Positions 50,813 to 58,452 of a stretch of DNA of 64,000 bases are shown piece after piece. The stretch is from NCBI GenBank assembly GCA_041910055.1, contig JAYRRP010000004.1:154983-218982 (forward strand). The letters run 5' to 3'. The stretch's first letter is position 1. Every line of letters begins with the position of its first letter. The position numbers were made by a program, and so were the translations under genes. This DNA is from Candidatus Saccharimonadales bacterium (GTDB lineage: Bacteria; Patescibacteriota; Saccharimonadia; Saccharimonadales; JAYRRP01). The notes beneath the pieces are model-generated. The model did not search any database and was not told where the DNA came from. It saw only the letters and a list, made by a program, of their open reading frames with translations.

Positions 50813-52210
50813 TCACCCTTTGTCATAACCCTTGAACCACCCTTTTTTCTCTGCCTGTTCATAGGGCAGCATTGTCCTACCAGCATAGGTAATGCTGTCG
50901 GCTTTGCCGTTGCTGCCAAAACTAAATACTACTGTTTCGCCTGGCGAGCTGTAATTGTTAGCCTTTTCAATTTTAAGCGTACTGTCATCTATAACAGTTA
51001 ATTCCTCTGCGTCCTCAAACTCCGTCCACCAAAGTGGGTCCACTGCAAATAACTTTTTACCAACGACCACAATATCAGTTGGTCCCCAAGTAGAGTAAAA
51101 TCGTCCTGCAAATCTGTTATGGTCAGCAACTTTGGACTTAATATGGTCAGTGTCTTGCTGGAAAGTGTCAACTATATTGATTAAGCTACTACATACCTTT
51201 TTTGCTGGACCGTTATAAGCGTTTGTCAAAACAGTAACTACCAGTTTTCTTTTAGCGTCAAATTGCGTGTTAGTGATAAAGCCTGGAAACCCGCCGCTAT
51301 GACCGTAAATGGTCCAGCCTTTCTTTTGGTAATTAACAAAGCCTAAACCGTAGCGTTCATTTTTGTCTGCTTTCCAATAGCCGTGTTGCATTTGCCGCTT
51401 TGCCTTATCACTAAGCAAGGTATCGTTGCCCAAAAAATGTGCAGCGAAATAGCTACATACGTCCTCAGCATTGCTGTAAAAGCCAGTAGCTGACGATAAT
51501 GCCCGTGTGTCTATGTGGTCAAATTGCCTACGGCTCTCGTTAAACAGCTCGATACCGTAGCCATTAGCCAGCTTATCCTTTGCCTTACTATCCAAATCGG
51601 GACCAGTTGAGCTTAGATTAAGTCGCTCAACTATATTCTTAGTCACATATTCACGGTAAGGCATACCGCTTACAGCCTCGACAACAAAGCCTAGATACCC
51701 GAAAGCAAAGTTAGAGTATTTAAACTGTTCATCAGAGGCGTATATTAGCTTGCTTTGTGCAATAAACTCTTTAAGCTCGCTCTCGTCAGGGAATGGACGT
51801 AAAAGCTGCCAAAAATCAGAGTTTGTACCATCACGAATTACGCCAGCCGTGTGGTTAAGTAGTTGTCGAACGGTTACTTGGCTTATTCGTTCGTCCTTTG
51901 ATGATTTAAACCATTCAACGTGCTGACTGACTGTATCATCTAGGCTTAACTTGCCACTCTCAACCAACTGCATAATCGCAGTTGAGGTAAAGGTTTTTGA
52001 GTGCGAGGCAATTCTAAAAATATGGTCTTTGGTCAGCTTGGTCTTGGTTTTTAGGTCAGCGTGACCAAAGGGGCGTGAGTAGATTAGCTTATCGCCGTGT
52101 TGTATAGCTACCTGAATTGCAGGAATACGGGAATTATCAAAGTTAAGTTCAAGCCAGGTATCAATATAATTTACGGCTGCTTGCAATTTATCGGGGTTAA
52201 GGCTGTCCAT
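50813..52210 (-). CDS. beta-lactamase-fold serine hydrolase (class C / PBP4*-like family)
   Basis: It has the SxxK motif (ASHSKTFT) and the YSN motif (FKYSNFAF), and is 465 aa with a C-terminal beta-rich extension. Confidence 0.8.
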   Translation of the reverse strand: MDSLNPDKLQAAVNYIDTWLELNFDNSRIPAIQVAIQHGDKLIYSRPFGHADLKTKTKLTKDHIFRIASHSKTFTSTAIMQLVESGKLSLDDTVSQHVEWFKSSKDERISQVTVRQLLNHTAGVIRDGTNSDFWQLLRPFPDESELKEFIAQSKLIYASDEQFKYSNFAFGYLGFVVEAVSGMPYREYVTKNIVERLNLSSTGPDLDSKAKDKLANGYGIELFNESRRQFDHIDTRALSSATGFYSNAEDVCSYFAAHFLGNDTLLSDKAKRQMQHGYWKADKNERYGLGFVNYQKKGWTIYGHSGGFPGFITNTQFDAKRKLVVTVLTNAYNGPAKKVCSSLINIVDTFQQDTDHIKSKVADHNRFAGRFYSTWGPTDIVVVGKKLFAVDPLWWTEFEDAEELTVIDDSTLKIEKANNYSSPGETVVFSFGSNGKADSITYAGRTMLPYEQAEKKGWFKGYDKG

Positions 52211-52215
52211 AACTG

Positions 52216-52398
52216 TTATTTTTGCTCCATTAACTTTAGTAAATCCGCCTTTTTGTAGCGTCGCAATTTGCGTTCGCCAATGCGGATAGCTTTAAGTGTG
52301 CCGTTCTTGTCCCAATTTCTGAGCGTGTTCGGGTGCACTTGCAGTAGCTCGCAAGCCTGTTTCAGTGTTAGTAATTCTGGCAAATCTTTCTGTGACAT
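52216..52398 (-). CDS. excisionase-family / MerR-type HTH DNA-binding protein (60 aa)
   Basis: LLTLKQACELLQVHPNTLRNWDKNGTLKAIRIGERKLRRYKKADL matches the excisionase-type HTH_17 pattern. Confidence 0.8.
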   Translation of the reverse strand: MSQKDLPELLTLKQACELLQVHPNTLRNWDKNGTLKAIRIGERKLRRYKKADLLKLMEQK

Positions 52399-52469
52399 AT
52401 AACCTCACAATTGATACTATTATCATACAAGAGTGTAAGCAACTGCGGTAGTGCGGTTTTGGTAAAGAT

Positions 52470-53675
52470 GTGATGAAAAAAGACGACAAACAGCCAGATA
52501 AGCCTAAGAAAAAGCCGCTGAAAAAAGCGGTTAGTAAATCGTCGGCAAACAAAAAGCCTAAACAGCAAGACGATAAGCCGATTGAGATTATCCTACCTGT
52601 TAAACCCAGACACACCCTGAACCTTGACGCTAAGAAATATAGAGACAGCCTCTCAGTTGACGAGTGGCTAGAATTATCCGAAAAAGACCCCAACCTACTT
52701 ACCCCTACTCAAGCAAGGCAGCTTGCAGAGGCAAACAAGCAAGCTACTGAAATAGCTAAGCGTATAACAGAGATGTACGAGTTTAAGGGTATTGCTGCTA
52801 TGTTCAAGACCATAGACACACTACCGATTGCTCGTGTTATGCAGCAAGCCCAAGAAACGGCTCTGGTCCTAAGCAAGTTCCAAAACAATCTCATATTGCC
52901 AACCATACCGACCCAGCAGCTTGTAACCTTTCAGCAAAACCTAGCCATTACAACAGGTGTCATCAATCAGTCATTTATCGCTGCTATCAATGCAGCTAAT
53001 ATAACTCGCAACCTATTTGCTGATATGCAGCGTGTCAGCGACATAATTATCAAGGGTCTAAGCATTGACCTTACCTCGCTTAGTAAAAGCCTGTCACGCT
53101 TTACGGCAATAGAAACGATTGACCTTGACGTAATTGAGGTTATTGACCGTGACGGCAACATAGCGATTGTCAGCGATACGAGCCAGACAAAGCGAATTGA
53201 TGATGACTACCAGTATGTCAGCACGGCAAAGTTCGACCTGTTGCTTACTGAAATACGGTCAAGCCGCCAAGAGTTAGCAGAATTAAAACAACTGGTTAAG
53301 GGTCAGCTACCGAGCGGGATTACAAAAATTACTTACGCTGACATAAAATTTATGATTGAAAGCTCAAAGCTGATACTAAAAGGACACGAGATTGACGTGC
53401 GTCGTAGTTCCAAGCAAGCCAAATTCTGTGACTTTTTCTTTAGCTCGATAGATAACTTCGTTAAAAAGTGGGACGTTTCACATCTTATGGAACGAGTTTT
53501 TATAATGCACGTTGGCACTGACGGTAATGAGGATAGCTTTAATAACATCATCAAAGGCTATGTAACCGAGCTTAACAAAAAGATAGCAATCGCCACAAAA
53601 GGTCAGCTAATAGACTTTTTCATTCTTTTGAATTATGAGGTTTACATAAACCCAAAATATATTTCTCATCTGTAA
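52470..53675 (+). CDS. hypothetical protein (401 aa) with Lys-rich N-terminus
   Basis: A long ORF divergent from the HTH gene. No domain recognised. Confidence 0.55.
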   Translation: MMKKDDKQPDKPKKKPLKKAVSKSSANKKPKQQDDKPIEIILPVKPRHTLNLDAKKYRDSLSVDEWLELSEKDPNLLTPTQARQLAEANKQATEIAKRITEMYEFKGIAAMFKTIDTLPIARVMQQAQETALVLSKFQNNLILPTIPTQQLVTFQQNLAITTGVINQSFIAAINAANITRNLFADMQRVSDIIIKGLSIDLTSLSKSLSRFTAIETIDLDVIEVIDRDGNIAIVSDTSQTKRIDDDYQYVSTAKFDLLLTEIRSSRQELAELKQLVKGQLPSGITKITYADIKFMIESSKLILKGHEIDVRRSSKQAKFCDFFFSSIDNFVKKWDVSHLMERVFIMHVGTDGNEDSFNNIIKGYVTELNKKIAIATKGQLIDFFILLNYEVYINPKYISHL

Positions 53676-53734
53676 AAATGTAGTTATCCACCAGTTTAAA
53701 CTCGGTTAAATACCTGGTCTGTCGTAATGGCTAT

Positions 53735-53926
53735 ATGCAGCAGCAAAGTAGCCAACAACCCAAAATCGTCACTCTGCAAGACTTTATTGCCGAGCTAGGT
53801 CGAGACGACGTTGCAACCGCCAATTTGGTCGGTTACTTTGACGTGCTGATTGAAATGGACCTTGAACTTAAAGAGCAAGAAAGGATTGATGAAAATGAGC
53901 GACGAAAGCAAACAAGCGATAGCTGA
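53735..53926 (+). CDS. small hypothetical protein (63 aa)
   Basis: An ORF in the element's plus-strand module, assigned on coding potential only. Confidence 0.35.
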   Translation: MQQQSSQQPKIVTLQDFIAELGRDDVATANLVGYFDVLIEMDLELKEQERIDENERRKQTSDS

Positions 53927-54197
53927 CACGGTTTTAGCCTGGTGCAACGAGTGCCGACTACACGCCGCAATGCTGATAATTTGGAACGCTGAATTAAGCG
54001 AGATTGAGCAGATTGTTAAAGAGGCAGAGGGTTACTTGCCAGCCATTATCGGTAGCCAGGCAACCTCTAACCATATAAGGTCGCTAATCTGCGACCTTGA
54101 CCATAAGCAAATGAGAGCAATACGGGCTTATATCAGCCTACTGCTTGAGGGACCGTGTAAAACGCCAGAATGCCAAGAGGATTGCAATGTTAATTAA
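53895..54197 (+). CDS. hypothetical protein (100 aa, Cys-containing)
   Basis: An AAGGAT SD lies 8 nt upstream of ATG 53895. No homology recognised. Confidence 0.4.
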   Translation: MSDESKQAIADTVLAWCNECRLHAAMLIIWNAELSEIEQIVKEAEGYLPAIIGSQATSNHIRSLICDLDHKQMRAIRAYISLLLEGPCKTPECQEDCNVN

Positions 54198-54531
54198 CGA
54201 GGTAAACATAGTGCCAGTAAAGCCAAATAACGGCTTGGTAGCGTTTGCTAGTGTGGTCCTTGATGAAAGCCTGTATCTCGGCTCTATTGGCGTTCATAGC
54301 CGCCTAGACGGCTCATATAGGATTACCTACCCGACTAAAAAGCTCGGCAGTAAGGAACTGAACCTATACCACCCAATTAACCGAGACTTTGGCAAGCAGA
54401 TTGAACAGGCGGTTGTTGCCAAGTGCGAGCAACTTTTTAAAGGACGTGATGACTATGATAGACACAATAAAGCTAGTGATAAAAATGGACAAGCCACTAC
54501 ACTCACGAGCCAACTTTCAACCGACGCTTGA
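54187..54531 (+). CDS. SpoVG-like protein
   Basis: VNIVPVKPNNGLVAFASVVLDESLYLGSIGVHSRLDGSYRITYPTKK...YHPINRDFGKQIEQAVV parallels the SpoVG fold signature. Confidence 0.65.
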   Translation: MLINEVNIVPVKPNNGLVAFASVVLDESLYLGSIGVHSRLDGSYRITYPTKKLGSKELNLYHPINRDFGKQIEQAVVAKCEQLFKGRDDYDRHNKASDKNGQATTLTSQLSTDA

Positions 54532-55576
54532 TAGCATAAACCCTGACTACTTTGGCTATTTCAAGGCAAATGCTAATCCGTCAGCGGCTACCAAAAAGCT
54601 CGGCAAGTATCAGCCACGTCTTACCTATACTCAACGACCCAGAGGTTATAAGCGAGCTGCCTATGAGCTTGCGATTGAGCTTTCATTGCCAAAGATAGCG
54701 TTCGGTAATAACTTTGATGAGCTAACTGACGCTGATTACGGCTTAGTCGTTCGGCAGCTACAAGATACGCTAAGAGAAATGGGCGTTTGGCTGTTCACGA
54801 AACAGATTGAAAATGCAGAGGTACGAGCGTTGCATTACAGTAAGAACTTTGTGTTTAAGGATTACACGTCCTGCTCGGCTGTGCTGCAAATGCTACGCAC
54901 CGCCGACATTAGCAAGCGTTATGACGTGCAAGACACCAACTTTCGCAATGGCGGCTATGTTCTACACGTACACACAAACTCGCTCGACATTGCGATTTAC
55001 GATAAGCTGGCAGACTTACGACAAGCCAAAACAAGCGAAAAACGCTCGCAAGAGAAAGACAACTTTGTGCAGCTTGACTTGCTTGACCAGTTGGCACGAC
55101 AGCAACCGACTGCGGTAATGCGGTATGAGGTAAGGCTTAACGGTAAACGAAAGACCACTGACGCTTTGGCAGCCATTGGCTTTGCTAAGCCGCTGACTTT
55201 TCAAAATGTTTTCTCTACCGAACTTTCCAAAGCCTTGCTGCAAGACCATTGGCAGAACTTTTTTAGCACCCTGCCAAAGTTGGCACTAGACACTGACGAC
55301 CCAGACAAGCTGCTCGCTAACATATTGCAGTCAGCAGACGTAAAAGGTCCGTCGCAAGCTGCCGCTAGGCTCGGTATGATGTTGCTACTTACAAAGAGCG
55401 AGCAACGCCACGTTAGGGCAATGTTTGAGGACCGCTTTGGCAAACACGCTTGGTCACGTCTCAAGCCGCTTACTAAACCGCCACACAAGGTCCAATACAA
55501 AACTATACTAGGCATTAACCAAATGCTTGAGCAGTTTGAACCAACCAAAATGGACCAGATTAAAGGTCATCTATAA
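54449..55576 (+). CDS. rolling-circle replication initiator (phage/plasmid gene II/X or Rep_trans-like)
   Basis: The N-terminus is MIDTIKL, LPKIAFGNNF is present, and the IAIYDK ... MRYEVRL pattern is typical of this Rep group. The start is 54449 or 54455. Confidence 0.55.
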   Translation: MTMIDTIKLVIKMDKPLHSRANFQPTLDSINPDYFGYFKANANPSAATKKLGKYQPRLTYTQRPRGYKRAAYELAIELSLPKIAFGNNFDELTDADYGLVVRQLQDTLREMGVWLFTKQIENAEVRALHYSKNFVFKDYTSCSAVLQMLRTADISKRYDVQDTNFRNGGYVLHVHTNSLDIAIYDKLADLRQAKTSEKRSQEKDNFVQLDLLDQLARQQPTAVMRYEVRLNGKRKTTDALAAIGFAKPLTFQNVFSTELSKALLQDHWQNFFSTLPKLALDTDDPDKLLANILQSADVKGPSQAAARLGMMLLLTKSEQRHVRAMFEDRFGKHAWSRLKPLTKPPHKVQYKTILGINQMLEQFEPTKMDQIKGHL

Positions 55577-55627
55577 TTGTTACTTATTGTTATATAATGG
55601 TATATACTACCAGAGAAAGGATTTACT

Positions 55628-57148
55628 ATGAAAACTAAGGCATTTTTGATAGCAAGGGTCTCTGACCCAGAGCAAAGACAAGCGTTACCTGCACAGGTTT
55701 TACGCCTCGAAAAATACGGTAAAGACAAAGATTACGACTATGAGCTGTTTGAGTTTGATGAAAGTGCATACAAGGACAACCGCAAGACATTTGGCAACAT
55801 TGTAAAAAGTATCCAGGCCTACCCTAACGAGTGTATTGTTGTCTTTGACAAAATTGACCGCTACACGAGGGACAGTTCAGCCGATGAGGTAAAAATACTC
55901 AATAAGCTCCGAGAGGACGGTAAAATCGAGATACATTTTCCGTCAGACAATTTATGCGTCACTAAAAACTCTGGTGCTCCTGACCTATTTAGGCTTGGTA
56001 TTGGCGTGGCACTTGCTCGCTACTACTCGGACAGCATTAGGGATAATGTTAAGCGACGGTTTGAGCAAAAGCTCAATGACGGCGAGTGGCCTGGTAAAGC
56101 ACCGATTGGCTTTGTGAACCATAGAATTAGCGACAAAGAAACCACTGTGTTGATAGACCAAGAGCGAGCTGGCTACATCAAAAAAGCCTTTGAGCTGCGA
56201 CTTGTTGGCACTCCGTTCAGAGGTATAGCTGCACAACTTAAAGCCGACGGCTTGCGTAACAATACGGCTAAACGCACGGCAATTGGTCAGAGTTATGTCG
56301 AGCAAATCCTGAAAAACCCGTTTTATTACGGTGTTATGCGGTATAACGGCAAGCTATACCCTCACAAATACGAGCCAATTATCAGTCGTAAGATGTTTGA
56401 TAAGGTCCAGGCTGTTAATGAGCAGCGTGGCACAAACCGAACAAAAAAGCAGTCCATAGACTACACCTTTAACGGTCTGCTCAAATGCGGTAGCTGCGGT
56501 TGTAGCGTATCGTCTTACACTGCTAAGGGTAATGTATATATGCAGTGCAGTAAGGGCAAAGGTCCGTGCAAGCAGATACACATCAAAGAAAAGGACCTTG
56601 TGCCACAGGTTGCCGAGCTTGTCGGCAAACTAGAAATGAACGAGGACATAATAAACTATGTGATTGACGAGCTGCGTAAGCACCACGATAACCAACAGCT
56701 TTACTATGCCAATGCCATTGAGCAAACCCGTTCAGAATACGACACGATACAGAAAAAGCTCGGTATTTTGTATGAGGATAGGCTCGACGGGCGTATTACT
56801 CTCAATGACTATGACGAATATGTTAAGGACCTAAAGGCTCGCCAAGAGCAGTTAGACGACCAGCTCGTTAATTTGACCCATAATGATAAAAGTTTTCTAT
56901 TGACCAGTTCGTATCTGTTAGAGATAGCTACAAAAGCCCCTAAACTGTTCCAAAGTTCGAAAGCGGCTCTAAAATCCAAGCTTTTACGCTTTCTACTTTC
57001 GAACCTCGTAATTCAGGACAAAAAGCTCGTTTTCAATCTAAAAGCACCCTTTGATGTAATCTCAGAGTGCTCTCAAAATCAAACTTGGCTCCGGGGAAAG
57101 GATTCGAACCTTCGACCTAGTGGTTACACTGATTCACCATTTTCATGA
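55628..57148 (+). CDS. large serine recombinase
   Basis: Features are the catalytic region LIARVSDPEQ, DRYTRD, the recombinase domain (GKAPIGF, KNPFYYG), a Zn-ribbon (CGSCGCSVS...CSKGKGPC) and a coiled-coil tail. The last ~21 codons (LRGKDSNLRPSGY...) are the antisense reading of the tRNA-Asn 3' exon. Confidence 0.9.
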   Translation: MKTKAFLIARVSDPEQRQALPAQVLRLEKYGKDKDYDYELFEFDESAYKDNRKTFGNIVKSIQAYPNECIVVFDKIDRYTRDSSADEVKILNKLREDGKIEIHFPSDNLCVTKNSGAPDLFRLGIGVALARYYSDSIRDNVKRRFEQKLNDGEWPGKAPIGFVNHRISDKETTVLIDQERAGYIKKAFELRLVGTPFRGIAAQLKADGLRNNTAKRTAIGQSYVEQILKNPFYYGVMRYNGKLYPHKYEPIISRKMFDKVQAVNEQRGTNRTKKQSIDYTFNGLLKCGSCGCSVSSYTAKGNVYMQCSKGKGPCKQIHIKEKDLVPQVAELVGKLEMNEDIINYVIDELRKHHDNQQLYYANAIEQTRSEYDTIQKKLGILYEDRLDGRITLNDYDEYVKDLKARQEQLDDQLVNLTHNDKSFLLTSSYLLEIATKAPKLFQSSKAALKSKLLRFLLSNLVIQDKKLVFNLKAPFDVISECSQNQTWLRGKDSNLRPSGYTDSPFS

Positions 57149-57670
57149 TGCGTGGACTATCTCATCATCCGACAATTGCCGGATGCAGGGCGCTATTTGA
57201 ACGATTATTGTTAGGCTCACGTTCTAGTCTCTGAACCTTCCAGACTCCTTTATCCTAAGTCTGGCTTGGCTGCGGATTACCATATCTTACGACGTAGGTT
57301 TCCCGCAATTCACCCTGTTTTCACTACTTGATTACCCAAGTAGGCTGCTTGTAGCCTGCATGAATTTCTCTATGACAATTTGCACATAGCAAGACACATT
57401 TATCTGCCTCGGCTTTATTCTTTTCCCACGAGCGAGTCAATCCGCTTGATGAGATACCAAAGTCTTTAGTTGTTGCGTCTTTGTGATGCAAATCTAGTGC
57501 ATCAATGCATAAGTTATATCCGCATAGTTCACAGCTGCCACCCTTGTAGGCAACAATCATCTGACGCATTTTCTTGCGGCGTTTCGCAACTGCCATTTTT
57601 AGATATTCAGCACGATCGGCATACGTACGGTTATCTGGCATACATATTATTGTATACCACGTGTCACCGA
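57127..57670 (-). ncRNA. group I intron (IC3-like core) in the tRNA-Asn anticodon loop
   Basis: The classical conserved elements are on the minus strand: P AATTGCGGGAAACC (57297-57310), Q AATCCGCAGCC (57268-57278), R GGTTCAGAGACTAGAAC (57221-57237) and S GAGATAGTCCAC (57152-57163). P/Q pair as UGCGG/CCGCA and R/S as GACUA/UAGUC. Splice junctions are ambiguous by 1 nt. Confidence 0.8.
57324..57641 (-). CDS. HNH homing endonuclease encoded inside the group I intron
   Basis: CELCGYN...LDLHHKD...LLCANCHREIH is an HNH/Zn-finger signature. The ORF sits between the 5' splice site and the P3-P9 ribozyme core. Confidence 0.8.
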   Translation of the reverse strand: MPDNRTYADRAEYLKMAVAKRRKKMRQMIVAYKGGSCELCGYNLCIDALDLHHKDATTKDFGISSSGLTRSWEKNKAEADKCVLLCANCHREIHAGYKQPTWVIK

Positions 57671-57825
57671 ACAGCCACCCGCTCTACCGCTGAGCTACCC
57701 CGGAATATTAATATTACTTTACTCCGTGAGAAACGTTGAACCCCTCAGGAATAACAGCTGTATTCTAGCGGCTTCATTATCATATGTAAATGACAGAAGG
57801 GAAAGAATAACAAATAGATTCTTTA

Positions 57826-58452
57826 TTGAGTAACATTTTGGCGTATTATGGAGCCGTGAAACATTCATTTAGCAAAGAACTTGAGAAATGGCTAAAAAGT
57901 CCTGGTAAAAAAACACTCTCCAATCTTGAGAAAATATTTGGCGAGAAAAGCTTTGCGATTGCCTTCTTGATTCTTATGAGCCCGGCCGCACTCCCTCTAC
58001 CAACAGGAGGCATCACTCATGTATTTGAAATTATTGTAATGCTGCTTGCCCTAGAAATGGTGGCTGGCCGAAAAACATTATGGCTGCCAAAACGCTGGCA
58101 GGATATTAAACTCGGCAGTAAGACAGAGAAAAAATTCTTGCCGTTTTTGGTTCAACGTATCAAATGGTTTGAGCGCTTCTCGCGGCCCCGATGGGAAACA
58201 TTAGCTAGTCAGCGATGGTACCGCTCCTTAATAGGTATAATCATAATAATTTTTACATTAGCTGCCTTTATTGCGCCACCGTTTTCGGGATTAGATACAT
58301 TGCCAGCTCTCGCGGTTGTGGCAATTTCACTCGCTTTGATACTCGAAGATATCGTAATATTTGCGCTTGGACTCTTAATAGGTACTGCCGGAGTAGGGCT
58401 GATTATTGGTTTGGGCAGTGTCATCACCCACGCGATTAAGCATCTCTTTTAA
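57826..58452 (+). CDS. ExoD-family exopolysaccharide-synthesis membrane protein
   Basis: KSFAIAFLILMSPAALPLPTGGITHVFEII... plus C-terminal TM helices are typical of ExoD. The start is TTG/GTG-type. Confidence 0.65.
   Translation: MSNILAYYGAVKHSFSKELEKWLKSPGKKTLSNLEKIFGEKSFAIAFLILMSPAALPLPTGGITHVFEIIVMLLALEMVAGRKTLWLPKRWQDIKLGSKTEKKFLPFLVQRIKWFERFSRPRWETLASQRWYRSLIGIIIIIFTLAAFIAPPFSGLDTLPALAVVAISLALILEDIVIFALGLLIGTAGVGLIIGLGSVITHAIKHLF

Larger units (their letters stand above)
45962..57148. mobile_element. integrated element (~11 kb) bounded on the right by tRNA-Asn; rolling-circle Rep, serine recombinase and excisionase-like HTH, plus hydrolase cargo
   Basis: The gene content is listed in the features below. 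The right end is set by the recombinase ORF running into the tRNA-Asn 3' exon. The left end is only a candidate: TGGCTCCAGAGGGAAGGA at 45962 resembles the tRNA 3' end TGGCTCCGGGGAAAGGA at 57086. Confidence 0.6.
57086..57704 (-). tRNA. tRNA-Asn (anticodon GUU) interrupted in the anticodon loop by a ~544-nt group I intron
   Basis: The joined exons give TCCGGGGTAGCTCAGCGGTAGAGCGGGTGGCTGTTAACCACTAGGTCGAAGGTTCGAATCCTTTCCCCGGAGCCA. This folds as a cloverleaf: acceptor TCCGGGG/CCCCGGA, D stem GCTC/GAGC, anticodon stem GGTGG/CCACT, loop CTGTTAA, T arm GAAGG-TTCGAAT-CCTTT, discriminator G, CCA. Confidence 0.8.

Noticed and set aside
50797-50919. Long N-terminal extension of the HAD ORF
   Set aside because: It overlaps the 3' end of the serine hydrolase gene by >100 nt. 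The HAD motif I and an SD support the internal start at 50796.
52292-52693. 133-aa and 66-aa minus-strand ORFs
   Set aside because: They are mirror frames of the Lys-rich N-terminus of the 401-aa gene and overlap the excisionase-like gene. There is no independent support.
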